A program made the translations under genes and the position numbers. From Bacteroidales bacterium (GTDB lineage Bacteria; Bacteroidota; Bacteroidia; Bacteroidales; Bacteroidaceae): a stretch of 64,000 nt of DNA. The notes beneath the pieces were generated by a model. The model worked only from the letters and a program-made list of their open reading frames with translations, ran no database searches and was not told where the DNA came from. The stretch spans positions 32,535-96,534 of the forward strand of contig JAAYDO010000177.1 of NCBI GenBank assembly GCA_012729225.1. Reading direction: 5' to 3'. This document shows positions 1 through 11,594 of the stretch, in pieces. The stretch's first letter is position 1. The number at the start of each line of letters is the position of its first letter.

Positions 1-2849
<2,849 letters not shown>

Positions 2850-3007
2850 CTAATACTTATACAAAGACCATCCCGAAGCCTCCATGTTCCTCAGAGTCGT
2901 GTGTCATAGACACATACAAAGTTACATCAAAAATCCTTTAAGAACAATTTTTACATCTTGAAACCATCTTTTTCAATGGAAAACTTGCAGAAATGAAGAT
3001 AAAAGTA

Positions 3008-3015
3008 TATTTTTG
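3008..3015 (+). promoter_or_regulatory. Candidate -7 promoter box (TATTTTTG) for the trmH-like gene
   Basis: Matches the Bacteroidota sigma-A -7 consensus TAnnTTTG. It lies 21 nt upstream of the ATG at 3037, which argues against the GTG at 3013 as the start. Confidence 0.45.
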
Positions 3016-3036
3016 TGGGTGATAAGCAGCGAAAGG

Positions 3037-3843
3037 ATGGAAGTAACATCAATTACGAGCACACAAAATGCACAAGTCAAGGCAATGGTTGCCTTACAGC
3101 AAAAGTCTGCCGAAAGAAGACGAACAGGGCTTTTTGTGGTGGAAGGAGCGAGAGAACTCTCACATTGCATAGATGCCAAGATGCAGATAGAGCGTGTGTT
3201 TGTGTGCTGGGATATTGCTGGAAGGGAAACAGAATTCCTACTGCAACAGACGCAGCCACCCCATGTGATGGAAGTTACCAAGGAGGTGTATGAGAAAATA
3301 GCCTATCGAGGTGGCACAGAGGGTGTGATGGCTGTGGTGCGTGGCAGGAATCTGAAGTTGGAAGACTTGAAACTAAACGCCAATCCTCTGCTGATGATTG
3401 TGGAGCGTGTGGAAAAGCCTGGTAATCTGGGAGCAATCCTCCGAAGTGCAGATGCTGCTGGGGCAGATGCAGTGATTATATGTGATGCGCTAACAGATCT
3501 ATACAATCCAAATCTTATCAGAAGTGCGATTGGAGCAGTGTTTACAGTACCCTGTGTGATCTGCGAGAGCAAGGAATGCATAGCATTTCTCAAAGACCGG
3601 AAAATCCAGATTCTGACAGCTCAGCTACAAGACTCAAGTCTTTATTACCACACAGACATGAGAGGAGGTACAGCCATTGTGATGGGAACAGAAGCTACTG
3701 GACTGACAGACATGTGGCGACAAGCAGCCGACGCACATATCCGCATACCGATGCTGGGAAAGCTTGACTCTCTGAATGTGAGCGTAAGTGCAGCCGTATT
3801 GCTATTTGAAGCAGTTCGACAGAGAAATGAATCCCGACATTAG
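3037..3843 (+). CDS. TrmH/SpoU family RNA 2'-O-methyltransferase
   Basis: SpoU motifs in the translation: VEKPGNLGAILRSADAAGADAVII, VMGTEATGLTD, IRIPMLGKLDSLNVSVSAAVLLFE. Start moved to the internal ATG (MEVTSITS...) downstream of the -7 box. Confidence 0.85.
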   Translation: MEVTSITSTQNAQVKAMVALQQKSAERRRTGLFVVEGARELSHCIDAKMQIERVFVCWDIAGRETEFLLQQTQPPHVMEVTKEVYEKIAYRGGTEGVMAVVRGRNLKLEDLKLNANPLLMIVERVEKPGNLGAILRSADAAGADAVIICDALTDLYNPNLIRSAIGAVFTVPCVICESKECIAFLKDRKIQILTAQLQDSSLYYHTDMRGGTAIVMGTEATGLTDMWRQAADAHIRIPMLGKLDSLNVSVSAAVLLFEAVRQRNESRH

Positions 3844-4000
3844 CCTTGGCCTGACTTTATCAAAAAAACTAAATTGCAGAGACAATCTAAAAGACATTTA
3901 CAGACGTTAGAAAAAAACCAACCAAAAACTTCAATAACAATCAGAACTTTCCTTCAAAAGGATTTGAAAAGGCCTTAAGAGAGTTACAGAACAGACTTAT

Positions 4001-6427
4001 ATGAGAAGAATCTTACAAAAAATATTAGCATGTCAGATACTACTATTCATCACAATAGCAGCCTGGTCGCAAGTGGAGTACCACATTAAGAACTATGGAA
4101 TAAATGATGACCTCAGAGTGCGTGGAAAAACATGCATTGCACAATTAAATGGCTTTATTTGGATAGGGTCAAACAATGGCTTCTGCATCTTTGACGGAAA
4201 CTATACCCATCAATACAAGATTCCCGATACAAAAGACCTCGGAGGATATTACTGCCGTGTGACCGCATTGACTACTTGGGGTGACAATGAACTATGGATT
4301 GGCTCAAGGCAAGGTCTCTACATGTATGACACAAGCATGCAGAAGCTGACAGAGATTAAAGTGGAAGGACTTCCAGAAAGGGCCGATGTTGCCAGCATCC
4401 AGTTTGGAAAGAAAGGGTTTCTGTGGGCCATCATCAGTGGGAAAGCCTACATGATTGATGTACAGCAGAAAAAAGCCAAGCAGATTGGTGAAGGCATGTT
4501 TTCCCCCACCTGTCTGACTGTGACCAGAAACGGGGCGGTCTGGTTAGGAGATGCAAGTGGCATCCTATATAGATATGATGTGCTCAACGACCGACTGCGC
4601 TCTTACGAGGTGAAGCCAGAAGGAGTGGAGCAATTCTCTTACATTATCAACATCACGGAAATGAGGAATGGTGACTTAGCCGTTGTTTCAAGCGGAGATG
4701 GAGCATGCTTGTTCTCCACCAGCCAACTCACCTCAAGAATGCTACTGACACATGATGAGGAAGGCTTCCCTATCACTGCCCACACAGCCATGACTCCTGT
4801 AGGTGATGAATTGTGGATAGGTACGGAACGAGGGATAGTGATATACAGAATAAGGGATGGACGTATTCGTGGCATTCGCCAGTCGCGCCATCCTGGCAAT
4901 AGCCTTTCCGACAATGCAGTCCATTCTCTCTTCCTGGATGATGAGAATGGCGTTTGGGTAGGAACTTTCTTTGGAGGAATGAATCGCATCAGCCTCTCAA
5001 GCCACAACTTCAACATCTTCATGCCTAAAGAGGCTGAAGAAGAGGACAGCGACGTGAATGTGATTAGAGAAATCTGCGAAGACAAGTATGGACACATCTG
5101 GGTGGGAACAGAAGACGACGGATTGTACTTGCTCAACGAAGAAAAGCGCATACTACAGAAAGCCAATATCAATTGGGGCTCTCACCCTGCTCCTTTCAAC
5201 GTGCAGTCACTGACCTTAAAGGGGGATGATCTCTGGGTATCGACCATCCTTAGAGGCATCTATGTGATTGACACAAAGAGCATGACACTGAAGAACCAAT
5301 ATGAAAAAACCAACAAGACAAAGGTAGGCACAAACATTTTAGGCGCAACACTTTGCCATCAGAATGGAACATTGTTTGTTGGCTCTTCTATGGGCGTGTA
5401 TATCTTCAACGAGAAAGATGAGAGTTTTAACCCCATTCCTGAACTCAACAATACTTCGGTACGGCATCTCTACGCCGACCGACATGGCAATGTGTGGGTA
5501 GCATCTATCAACAAGGGATTGTGGAAGATTCAACAACACACAAATGGTGGATGGAGAGCGAAGAAAACCTCTTTCAGCTATAAGTGCGCCAATGTGGTCA
5601 TGGAAGACTCCAAGGGACTGTATTGGATAGGCACAGATATTCATGGATTGATGAGTTATGATGAAAAGACAGGCAAGACCGAGAAGTTCACAAAATCCGA
5701 GCGTCTGAGCCAGCAAACTGTGACCAACATCATTGAAGACTATCACCATCGCCTATGGATCAGCACATTTGATGGTCTCTACAGCTATAATCTCGACAAG
5801 CAAGTGTTGAATCATCAGACCATTGCCCACGATTTGCCATCCAACTATCTCAATTATTCCTCAGGATATGTGGACCAGAAAGGGCAAGTATATATAGGAA
5901 CTTACAATGGATTGGTGCGCTTTGACCCTGCCTCTTTCACGCTTTCTCGCCAGCGACTGAAGCCTTATTTCCTTAGGCTCTTTGTAAAGGACAAGCTCAT
6001 TCTTCCTAATGATGAGACAGGCATTCTTGCACATTCGCTTTCCCAGACAGAAGAACTGAAACTGACTTATGACCAAAACACTTTCACCATCCACTATGCT
6101 GTTTCATCCTATGATAATGGCGAGGTGGTGTGGTTTCGCTATCGTCTCAACCCTGACGAACCTTGGATTGTGTCTGACAATGCACATCCCATCCGACTGA
6201 CAGACCTCTCCAGCGGAACTTATAAGATTACCCTGCAAGCCAGTTACAATCCCGAACGATGGGAAGGAGATGCTGCTGTCATCTTTCTTACCATAGCACC
6301 TCCTATATGGCGGAATCCCGCTGTCATTGTTGGATATATTGCACTGATTGTCATTGCCGTTGTTGTCATCATGATGGCACTTCGCAACAGATCAAGATAT
6401 TTGGGAAGAAAGAAGACCAATGAATAA
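4001..6427 (+). CDS. HTCS-type periplasmic sensor only (two-component regulator propeller repeats + Y_Y_Y domain + one C-terminal TM helix); no kinase, receiver or HTH
   Basis: N-terminal signal/anchor. At least 10 blade motifs of the type [LIV]W[IV][GAS][ST]xxxGL (IWIGSNNGF, LWIGSRQGL, LWIGTERGI, VWVGTFFGG, IWVGTEDDGL, YWIGTDIHGL and others). Y_Y_Y-like segment (FRYRLNPDEPWIV...GTYKITLQAS). TM helix AVIVGYIALIVIAVVVIMMAL, followed by only 16 residues. Confidence 0.8.
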   Translation: MRRILQKILACQILLFITIAAWSQVEYHIKNYGINDDLRVRGKTCIAQLNGFIWIGSNNGFCIFDGNYTHQYKIPDTKDLGGYYCRVTALTTWGDNELWIGSRQGLYMYDTSMQKLTEIKVEGLPERADVASIQFGKKGFLWAIISGKAYMIDVQQKKAKQIGEGMFSPTCLTVTRNGAVWLGDASGILYRYDVLNDRLRSYEVKPEGVEQFSYIINITEMRNGDLAVVSSGDGACLFSTSQLTSRMLLTHDEEGFPITAHTAMTPVGDELWIGTERGIVIYRIRDGRIRGIRQSRHPGNSLSDNAVHSLFLDDENGVWVGTFFGGMNRISLSSHNFNIFMPKEAEEEDSDVNVIREICEDKYGHIWVGTEDDGLYLLNEEKRILQKANINWGSHPAPFNVQSLTLKGDDLWVSTILRGIYVIDTKSMTLKNQYEKTNKTKVGTNILGATLCHQNGTLFVGSSMGVYIFNEKDESFNPIPELNNTSVRHLYADRHGNVWVASINKGLWKIQQHTNGGWRAKKTSFSYKCANVVMEDSKGLYWIGTDIHGLMSYDEKTGKTEKFTKSERLSQQTVTNIIEDYHHRLWISTFDGLYSYNLDKQVLNHQTIAHDLPSNYLNYSSGYVDQKGQVYIGTYNGLVRFDPASFTLSRQRLKPYFLRLFVKDKLILPNDETGILAHSLSQTEELKLTYDQNTFTIHYAVSSYDNGEVVWFRYRLNPDEPWIVSDNAHPIRLTDLSSGTYKITLQASYNPERWEGDAAVIFLTIAPPIWRNPAVIVGYIALIVIAVVVIMMALRNRSRYLGRKKTNE

Positions 6428-7967
6428 AAGAAACGCACTGAAACTCCTCATATCATGGATGCTGGTGGCAGTAGCACAAATAGCCACTGCACAAGATGAA
6501 TGGTTGCCCGAACGTGGACGCATCGAGAATGTGACCAACTACCACTCCTTCTCTGGCAATCAAGCCATCCGAAAGATTGGCTCTATCATCGGAGCACCCA
6601 TTCCTACTTTGGGAGCACCCCATCTTCCTATTATCTTAGTACAATTTGACGATCTGAAGTTTACAGCCAGAGACACCGAAGAAGCACTCGTCCTGCTCTA
6701 CGATAGCCTCATGAATGCAGGCACTGGAATACAGCCAGGCACTTCGGCCATCTCTGTTGGAGAGTATTTCAACGAACAATCCTCTGGCCTCTTCACCCCT
6801 CAATTCACGGTGATTGGCCCAGTCACGCTCTCAAGAAGTTATGCCTACTATGGAGAGAACAAAGACGGAGCAAAGGATGTGAACATCCGTGAGTTTTACA
6901 AAGAGGCTTGCCAACTGGCCGCTCAACAAAATATAGATTGGACCACTTTCGACAATAATCACGATGGAAGAGTGGATTTCCTCTACTTCATCTATGCAGG
7001 AGAACCCGAGAATGTATCCTCCACCAAAGACCCCAACACCATCTGGCCCAAGGAGAGCACCAGTGCTATGACTGTCACCTATGAAGACAATGGGGAGAAA
7101 TCCATCACTATTGGTGCTTACGGATGCTCTAACGAACTGCTGAGAGGCAATCTGGATGGTATAGGAACGATTGTGCATGAGTTGTGTCACGGACTTGGAC
7201 TGCCCGACCTGTATGACACTAAGGGCAATGGATTTGGACTGGACTATTGGGACATCATGGACTCTGGATGCTATCAGGCAATGGGCATGATGCCCTGTTG
7301 CATGTCGGGCTACGAACTTGATTTCATGGGATGGAGGAAGCTTGAGGAACTCACACCCGATGAACCTCTTACCCTCACCCTCCAACCACTGGCTAAGGGA
7401 GGAAAGGCTTATAAGATAGTCAATAAAGCCAATCCCAATGAATACTTCATCTTAGAGAACAGACAGAATATAGGTTGCGACAAATATCTGGGCTGGAGAA
7501 GCATAGGACTCTACAACACCTATGGGGCAAATCATGGGTTAATGATTTCGCATGTGGATTTCAATCAGAGTGCATGGAGCACCAATCAAGTGAATAGCGA
7601 TGCCAACCACCCACGGCTGACACTCGTTCCTGCAGACGGCGAACTCATCTCAAGCAGCACGGTCAAGACTACCGAAGAAAGAGATGTGTGGGCTCTTTCC
7701 CTGCGTGGAGATTTGTATCCAGGAGAAAAGAATGTGACAGAGATGTCCTCTTATGCTGTTTATACAGGAGGCATACTTGACCAGACCATCACTAATATTG
7801 TGGAACATGAGGATGGTACAATCACCTTAGACATCAATGGGGGAAAACACGACGAACCTGTTATTGACCCTAATGAACCTATTGTTGATCCTGATCCCGA
7901 CGATCCTGATACACCTATAGAACCAGAAATCTCAGACTCCGAACCAGAGATTCCTGAGATAGCATAA
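6420..7967 (+). CDS. Secreted M6 family (immune inhibitor A-like) zinc metalloprotease with an acidic Pro-rich C-terminal tail
   Basis: Signal peptide MNKRNALKLLISWMLVAVAQIATAQ. HExxH block HELCHGLGLPDLYD, typical of M6 peptidases. Tail DEPVIDPNEPIVDPDPDDPDTPIEPEISDSEPEIPEIA. The start overlaps the upstream stop by 8 nt (ATGAATAA). Confidence 0.8.
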   Translation: MNKRNALKLLISWMLVAVAQIATAQDEWLPERGRIENVTNYHSFSGNQAIRKIGSIIGAPIPTLGAPHLPIILVQFDDLKFTARDTEEALVLLYDSLMNAGTGIQPGTSAISVGEYFNEQSSGLFTPQFTVIGPVTLSRSYAYYGENKDGAKDVNIREFYKEACQLAAQQNIDWTTFDNNHDGRVDFLYFIYAGEPENVSSTKDPNTIWPKESTSAMTVTYEDNGEKSITIGAYGCSNELLRGNLDGIGTIVHELCHGLGLPDLYDTKGNGFGLDYWDIMDSGCYQAMGMMPCCMSGYELDFMGWRKLEELTPDEPLTLTLQPLAKGGKAYKIVNKANPNEYFILENRQNIGCDKYLGWRSIGLYNTYGANHGLMISHVDFNQSAWSTNQVNSDANHPRLTLVPADGELISSSTVKTTEERDVWALSLRGDLYPGEKNVTEMSSYAVYTGGILDQTITNIVEHEDGTITLDINGGKHDEPVIDPNEPIVDPDPDDPDTPIEPEISDSEPEIPEIA

Positions 7968-8047
7968 CAATCATTCAACCTGAGTTCAACGAATTGACCA
8001 CACCTTGCCTCAATCATCAGGAAGGGTAAACAAAAGCAGGTGTGTGT

Positions 8048-8242
8048 AAAGATGAAATGGTAGGATTCCCCTGCCATTTCGCATCTCGTATGCTCGAAGT
8101 TTTTTTCATGCCTCAACGCACAATTGTTCAATGGCAAACGAACAATGCTTCAAGTGCCAACGAACAATGGTGCGATGATCAATGAACAATTGTTCGATGA
8201 CCATCGCACCATGCGTGCGTTTTTGACCTCATAAGCATGATT
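8048..8242 (+). repeat. Dispersed intergenic element, family A copy 1 (4-5 tandem 22-nt units with core CAA[CT]GAACAAT[GT], plus terminator-like hairpin)
   Basis: 22-nt units at 8113-8134, 8135-8156, 8157-8178 and 8179-8200, with a degenerate fifth unit. Perfect 11-bp inverted repeat ATGGTGCGATG (8167-8177) / CATCGCACCAT (8202-8212), followed by a T-run at 8220-8224. The whole ~190 bp aligns with 38645-38825. Confidence 0.7.
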
Positions 8243-8335
8243 GAGAAGATGCATCAACCATCGAAGCAAACTGCTTCATCTTCCAGGTTTGCCAAACTCA
8301 TGTTATTCACCATATGAAGGCAAACATCATGAGGT

Positions 8336-10171
8336 TTACCACTCTGGCAACTTCGTAGGGTCTGCTGCTGTATAGTTGTCCATGTTCAGATGGTATTTCA
8401 TCAACTGATCCAACTGAAAGCGAGGGGCAGGGCTATCTACTGGCAGGGGCCTATGCGAGAACTGCTGGAAATAGAGCAAGCAAGCATCTCTCCACCACTG
8501 CGCATCCTTAGCCTGACGCACGAAGCGCACCTCCTGCATTCTATATCTTTCCATAGACATCACGCCCTTTGATTCATCCTTGCCAAAGTATTTTCTCATC
8601 TCGCCCCATGTTTGCACAAAATCATTGGCTTGATTCACACCACGGTCATACATATAGCACATGTTTTCCCACATAGTCAATCCATTGCTCATCACATGTC
8701 CCCAAGGAACATGATGAAACCATAGAAGCAGGTTTTCCGGACATGTTTCTATATTATTATATAATGTACGCAAAGGCTCTGGATATTGTCCCACATTGTT
8801 TGAACCCATATTCCCTGCCAAACACTCCTCCTCATAGTCCGAACGGTTGAAGCCTATGCCAATGCTGTCAGCACGGTGATAGAAGCGAGGCAACCAGTCC
8901 TCACGACTTCCTCGTGGAGCATACCAAGGCTCTGGCCCATAGTGATGACCACCTGCAAATATGTGATGCAAGCCCATAGGCATCATATAGTCCACCACAG
9001 CCTCACGACTCTTCAATAACAACTGCGCCATAGGAACCACAAAGCCCTCATCGTCTGTATAGTTCTCTCTCAGGAAGGTCTCTGCAATGTCACGAGAGGA
9101 AGCCTTCACATCATTTGCCAGCCTGCCAAAGGCATACCAGTTCGACATTGCCAAGTCATTGGCAGTCCAATTCACGCTGTCACCAATATTGGCCACACCT
9201 GCTACTCCTACAAGGTTAGGGATGGCAGGGAATGGTACACCCGAAGTGCTTGCCGCCTGTTGCTCCGCTGTTGGCTTGCCCGCACCAAACTCCAGTGTGT
9301 CGAAGAACTCTCTCCACATAGGAGCCAAGAAACAGGTATGGATACTTCCACCCGTATATTCCTGCGTGATCTGGAACTCTACCATCGTCTTGGTCTTTTT
9401 CAAACCAAAGAACAATGGAGACACAGCCTCACGAGGTTGGAAGTCGATAGGGCCATTCTTGATCTGGATAATTACATTGTCAGCAAATTGACCATCAAAG
9501 TTGATGAATTCCTCATAAGCCTGATTGGCGCGGTCACCTCCTTGCGAAGAATAGACAAAAGCACGCCACATCACAATGCCATTGTAAGGCTTCAGAGCCT
9601 CTGCCAACATGTTGGCCCCATCCACATGTGTGCGACCATAATCCATCGGGCCAGGCTCACCCTCACTATTTGCCTTCACAAGAAATCCACCAAAGTCTGG
9701 AATCAACTGGTAGATTTCCTTCACCTTCTTCTGCCACCACTGCTGTACCTCTTTATTCAGCGGATCAGCGGTTTCCAGGTTGCCTAAAGCCTTGGGAGAG
9801 GCAAAATTGACAGACAGATATACTTTTATTCCATAAGGGCGAAAAATGTCAGCAAGCTTTTTTGTCTTTCTCAACATATCGGTAGAGAGAGCCATGGGCT
9901 TCGCATTCACATTGTTGAGCACAGTGCCATTAATACCATAACTCTGGTTGATCTTAGCATACTCCTCGTATCTTTCCTTTAATGCTGTAGGCATCTTTCC
10001 TTTTCCCGAAGGGATTTCTTCCCACTTCCAGATGGAACGACCAGCATAGCCGCGTTCCACTGTACCATTAGGGTTGTCCCAATGATTGAGCAGACGCAAA
10101 TCAAATTGTTGTGCAGAAACTGTGATACCCACCAGCAGTCCCACAAGCGACAATAATGTTTTCTTCATCAA
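8336..10171 (-). CDS. GH67 alpha-glucuronidase
   Basis: Signal peptide, then GH67 catalytic-domain blocks RGYAGRSIWKW, NGTVLNNVNA, FGGFLVKANSEGEPGPMDYGRTHVDGANMLAEAL, MWRAFVY, EYTGG. Confidence 0.85.
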   Translation of the reverse strand: MMKKTLLSLVGLLVGITVSAQQFDLRLLNHWDNPNGTVERGYAGRSIWKWEEIPSGKGKMPTALKERYEEYAKINQSYGINGTVLNNVNAKPMALSTDMLRKTKKLADIFRPYGIKVYLSVNFASPKALGNLETADPLNKEVQQWWQKKVKEIYQLIPDFGGFLVKANSEGEPGPMDYGRTHVDGANMLAEALKPYNGIVMWRAFVYSSQGGDRANQAYEEFINFDGQFADNVIIQIKNGPIDFQPREAVSPLFFGLKKTKTMVEFQITQEYTGGSIHTCFLAPMWREFFDTLEFGAGKPTAEQQAASTSGVPFPAIPNLVGVAGVANIGDSVNWTANDLAMSNWYAFGRLANDVKASSRDIAETFLRENYTDDEGFVVPMAQLLLKSREAVVDYMMPMGLHHIFAGGHHYGPEPWYAPRGSREDWLPRFYHRADSIGIGFNRSDYEEECLAGNMGSNNVGQYPEPLRTLYNNIETCPENLLLWFHHVPWGHVMSNGLTMWENMCYMYDRGVNQANDFVQTWGEMRKYFGKDESKGVMSMERYRMQEVRFVRQAKDAQWWRDACLLYFQQFSHRPLPVDSPAPRFQLDQLMKYHLNMDNYTAADPTKLPEW

Positions 10172-10319
10172 GTGTTTGGTTTTGTTCGTTTAGATATAAA
10201 TCTCTTTTCTTTTATATAAAAATCGTTTGTATTCCTATTTCAATTCATGGCACTTCTCTAATGCCATTGTTCCCCTCTTCACGTTGTTGCTCCTTAAAGC
10301 CATGAAAAGAGCAAGTTTA

Positions 10320-11594
10320 TCAGTCACGACGGAAGAGGTCGCGGGTATATACCTTGTCTTTCACATCATCGAGACAGGCATCATAACGGTTGGCAACAAT
10401 AGCCTGGGACATTTCCTTGAACTTTGTCAAGTCATTCACCACCTTAGAACCAAAGAAGGTTGTACCTTCCTCCAATGTTGGCTCATAGATGATCACCGTC
10501 GCACCCTTCGCCTTGATGCGCTTCATAATGCCCTGAATGGATGACTGACGGAAGTTATCAGAGTTGCTCTTCATTGTGAGGCGGAACACACCTATCGTCA
10601 CGTCCTTCTCCGCATGCTGATTCCATCCACTACGGTTCGTATAGCCATAATAACCCGCCATCTGTAGCACACGGTCTGCAATGAAATCCTTCCTTGTTCG
10701 GTTACTTTCCACAATGGCAGTCATCATCTGCTGGGGCACATCCTGATAGTTGGCCAAAAGTTGCTTAGTATCCTTAGGTAAGCAATAGCCACCATAACCA
10801 AAGGAAGGGTTATTGTAGTGCGTGCCAATACGTGGGTCAAGTCCCACACCCTGAATTATCGCCTGAGCATCCAAGCCCTTCACTTCCGCATAGGTGTCCA
10901 ACTCATTGAAGTAGCTTACACGAAGTGCCAGATAGGTGTTGGCAAAAAGCTTCACTGCCTCAGCCTCGGTCAGACCCATGCGGAGCACATCCACATCCTT
11001 CTTGATAGCACCTTCCTGCAAAAGCTTTGCAAAAGTGTCTGCCGCCTCATTCAACTCATCCACACACTTCACCTCAATACGCTTAGGAGCACCCACAATG
11101 ATGCGTGAGGGATAGAGGTTATCATATAATGCCTTGCTCTCGCGCAGAAACTCTGGAGAGAAGAGCAACTTCATGCCATTGCCATATTTCTGATAAAGGC
11201 TCTCGGTATAACCTACAGGAATGGTCGATTTAATAACCATCACAGCCTCTGGATTTACCTCCAACACCAATTCTATCACCTCTTCTACATGAGAAGTGTC
11301 GAAATAATTCTTCACAGGGTCATAATTGGTGGGAGCGGCGATAACCACAAAGTCTGCACTGGCATAAGCCTTACGCCCGTCAATAGTAGCAGTAAGACGT
11401 AGATCCTTTTCTGACAAGAATTTCTCTATGTAATCATCTTGAATTGGTGACTTACGATTGTTAATCAGATCCACCTTCTCAGGAATCACATCCACTGCAG
11501 TCACCTGATGGTGCTGCGACAACAATGTGGCAATGCTCAGTCCCACATATCCAGTTCCTGCCACAGCAACCTCAATGTCCTTAAACTTTCTCAT
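10320..11594 (-). CDS. ugd: UDP-glucose 6-dehydrogenase
   Basis: N-terminal Rossmann motif [15 protein letters not shown]. Catalytic region [10 protein letters not shown]. Length 424 aa. The ATG overlaps the stop of the upstream regulator (ATGA). Confidence 0.9.
   Translation of the reverse strand: MRKFKDIEVAVAGTGYVGLSIATLLSQHHQVTAVDVIPEKVDLINNRKSPIQDDYIEKFLSEKDLRLTATIDGRKAYASADFVVIAAPTNYDPVKNYFDTSHVEEVIELVLEVNPEAVMVIKSTIPVGYTESLYQKYGNGMKLLFSPEFLRESKALYDNLYPSRIIVGAPKRIEVKCVDELNEAADTFAKLLQEGAIKKDVDVLRMGLTEAEAVKLFANTYLALRVSYFNELDTYAEVKGLDAQAIIQGVGLDPRIGTHYNNPSFGYGGYCLPKDTKQLLANYQDVPQQMMTAIVESNRTRKDFIADRVLQMAGYYGYTNRSGWNQHAEKDVTIGVFRLTMKSNSDNFRQSSIQGIMKRIKAKGATVIIYEPTLEEGTTFFGSKVVNDLTKFKEMSQAIVANRYDACLDDVKDKVYTRDLFRRD

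Noticed and set aside
7760-8137. Small minus-strand ORFs across family A repeats (7760-8137 and 38640-38831) sharing the peptide LPLNNC[AS]L[RK]HE
   Set aside because: The similarity is explained by the nucleotide repeat. A 22-nt period cannot maintain a reading frame, and the two ORFs have different lengths and ends. They are treated as non-coding.
8113-8222. Possible CRISPR array, because of regularly spaced ~22-nt repeats (also at 38714-38801)
   Set aside because: The units are contiguous with no unique spacers and far shorter than CRISPR repeats. There are only 4-5 units, no cas genes are in the window, and the whole block including flanks is duplicated elsewhere.
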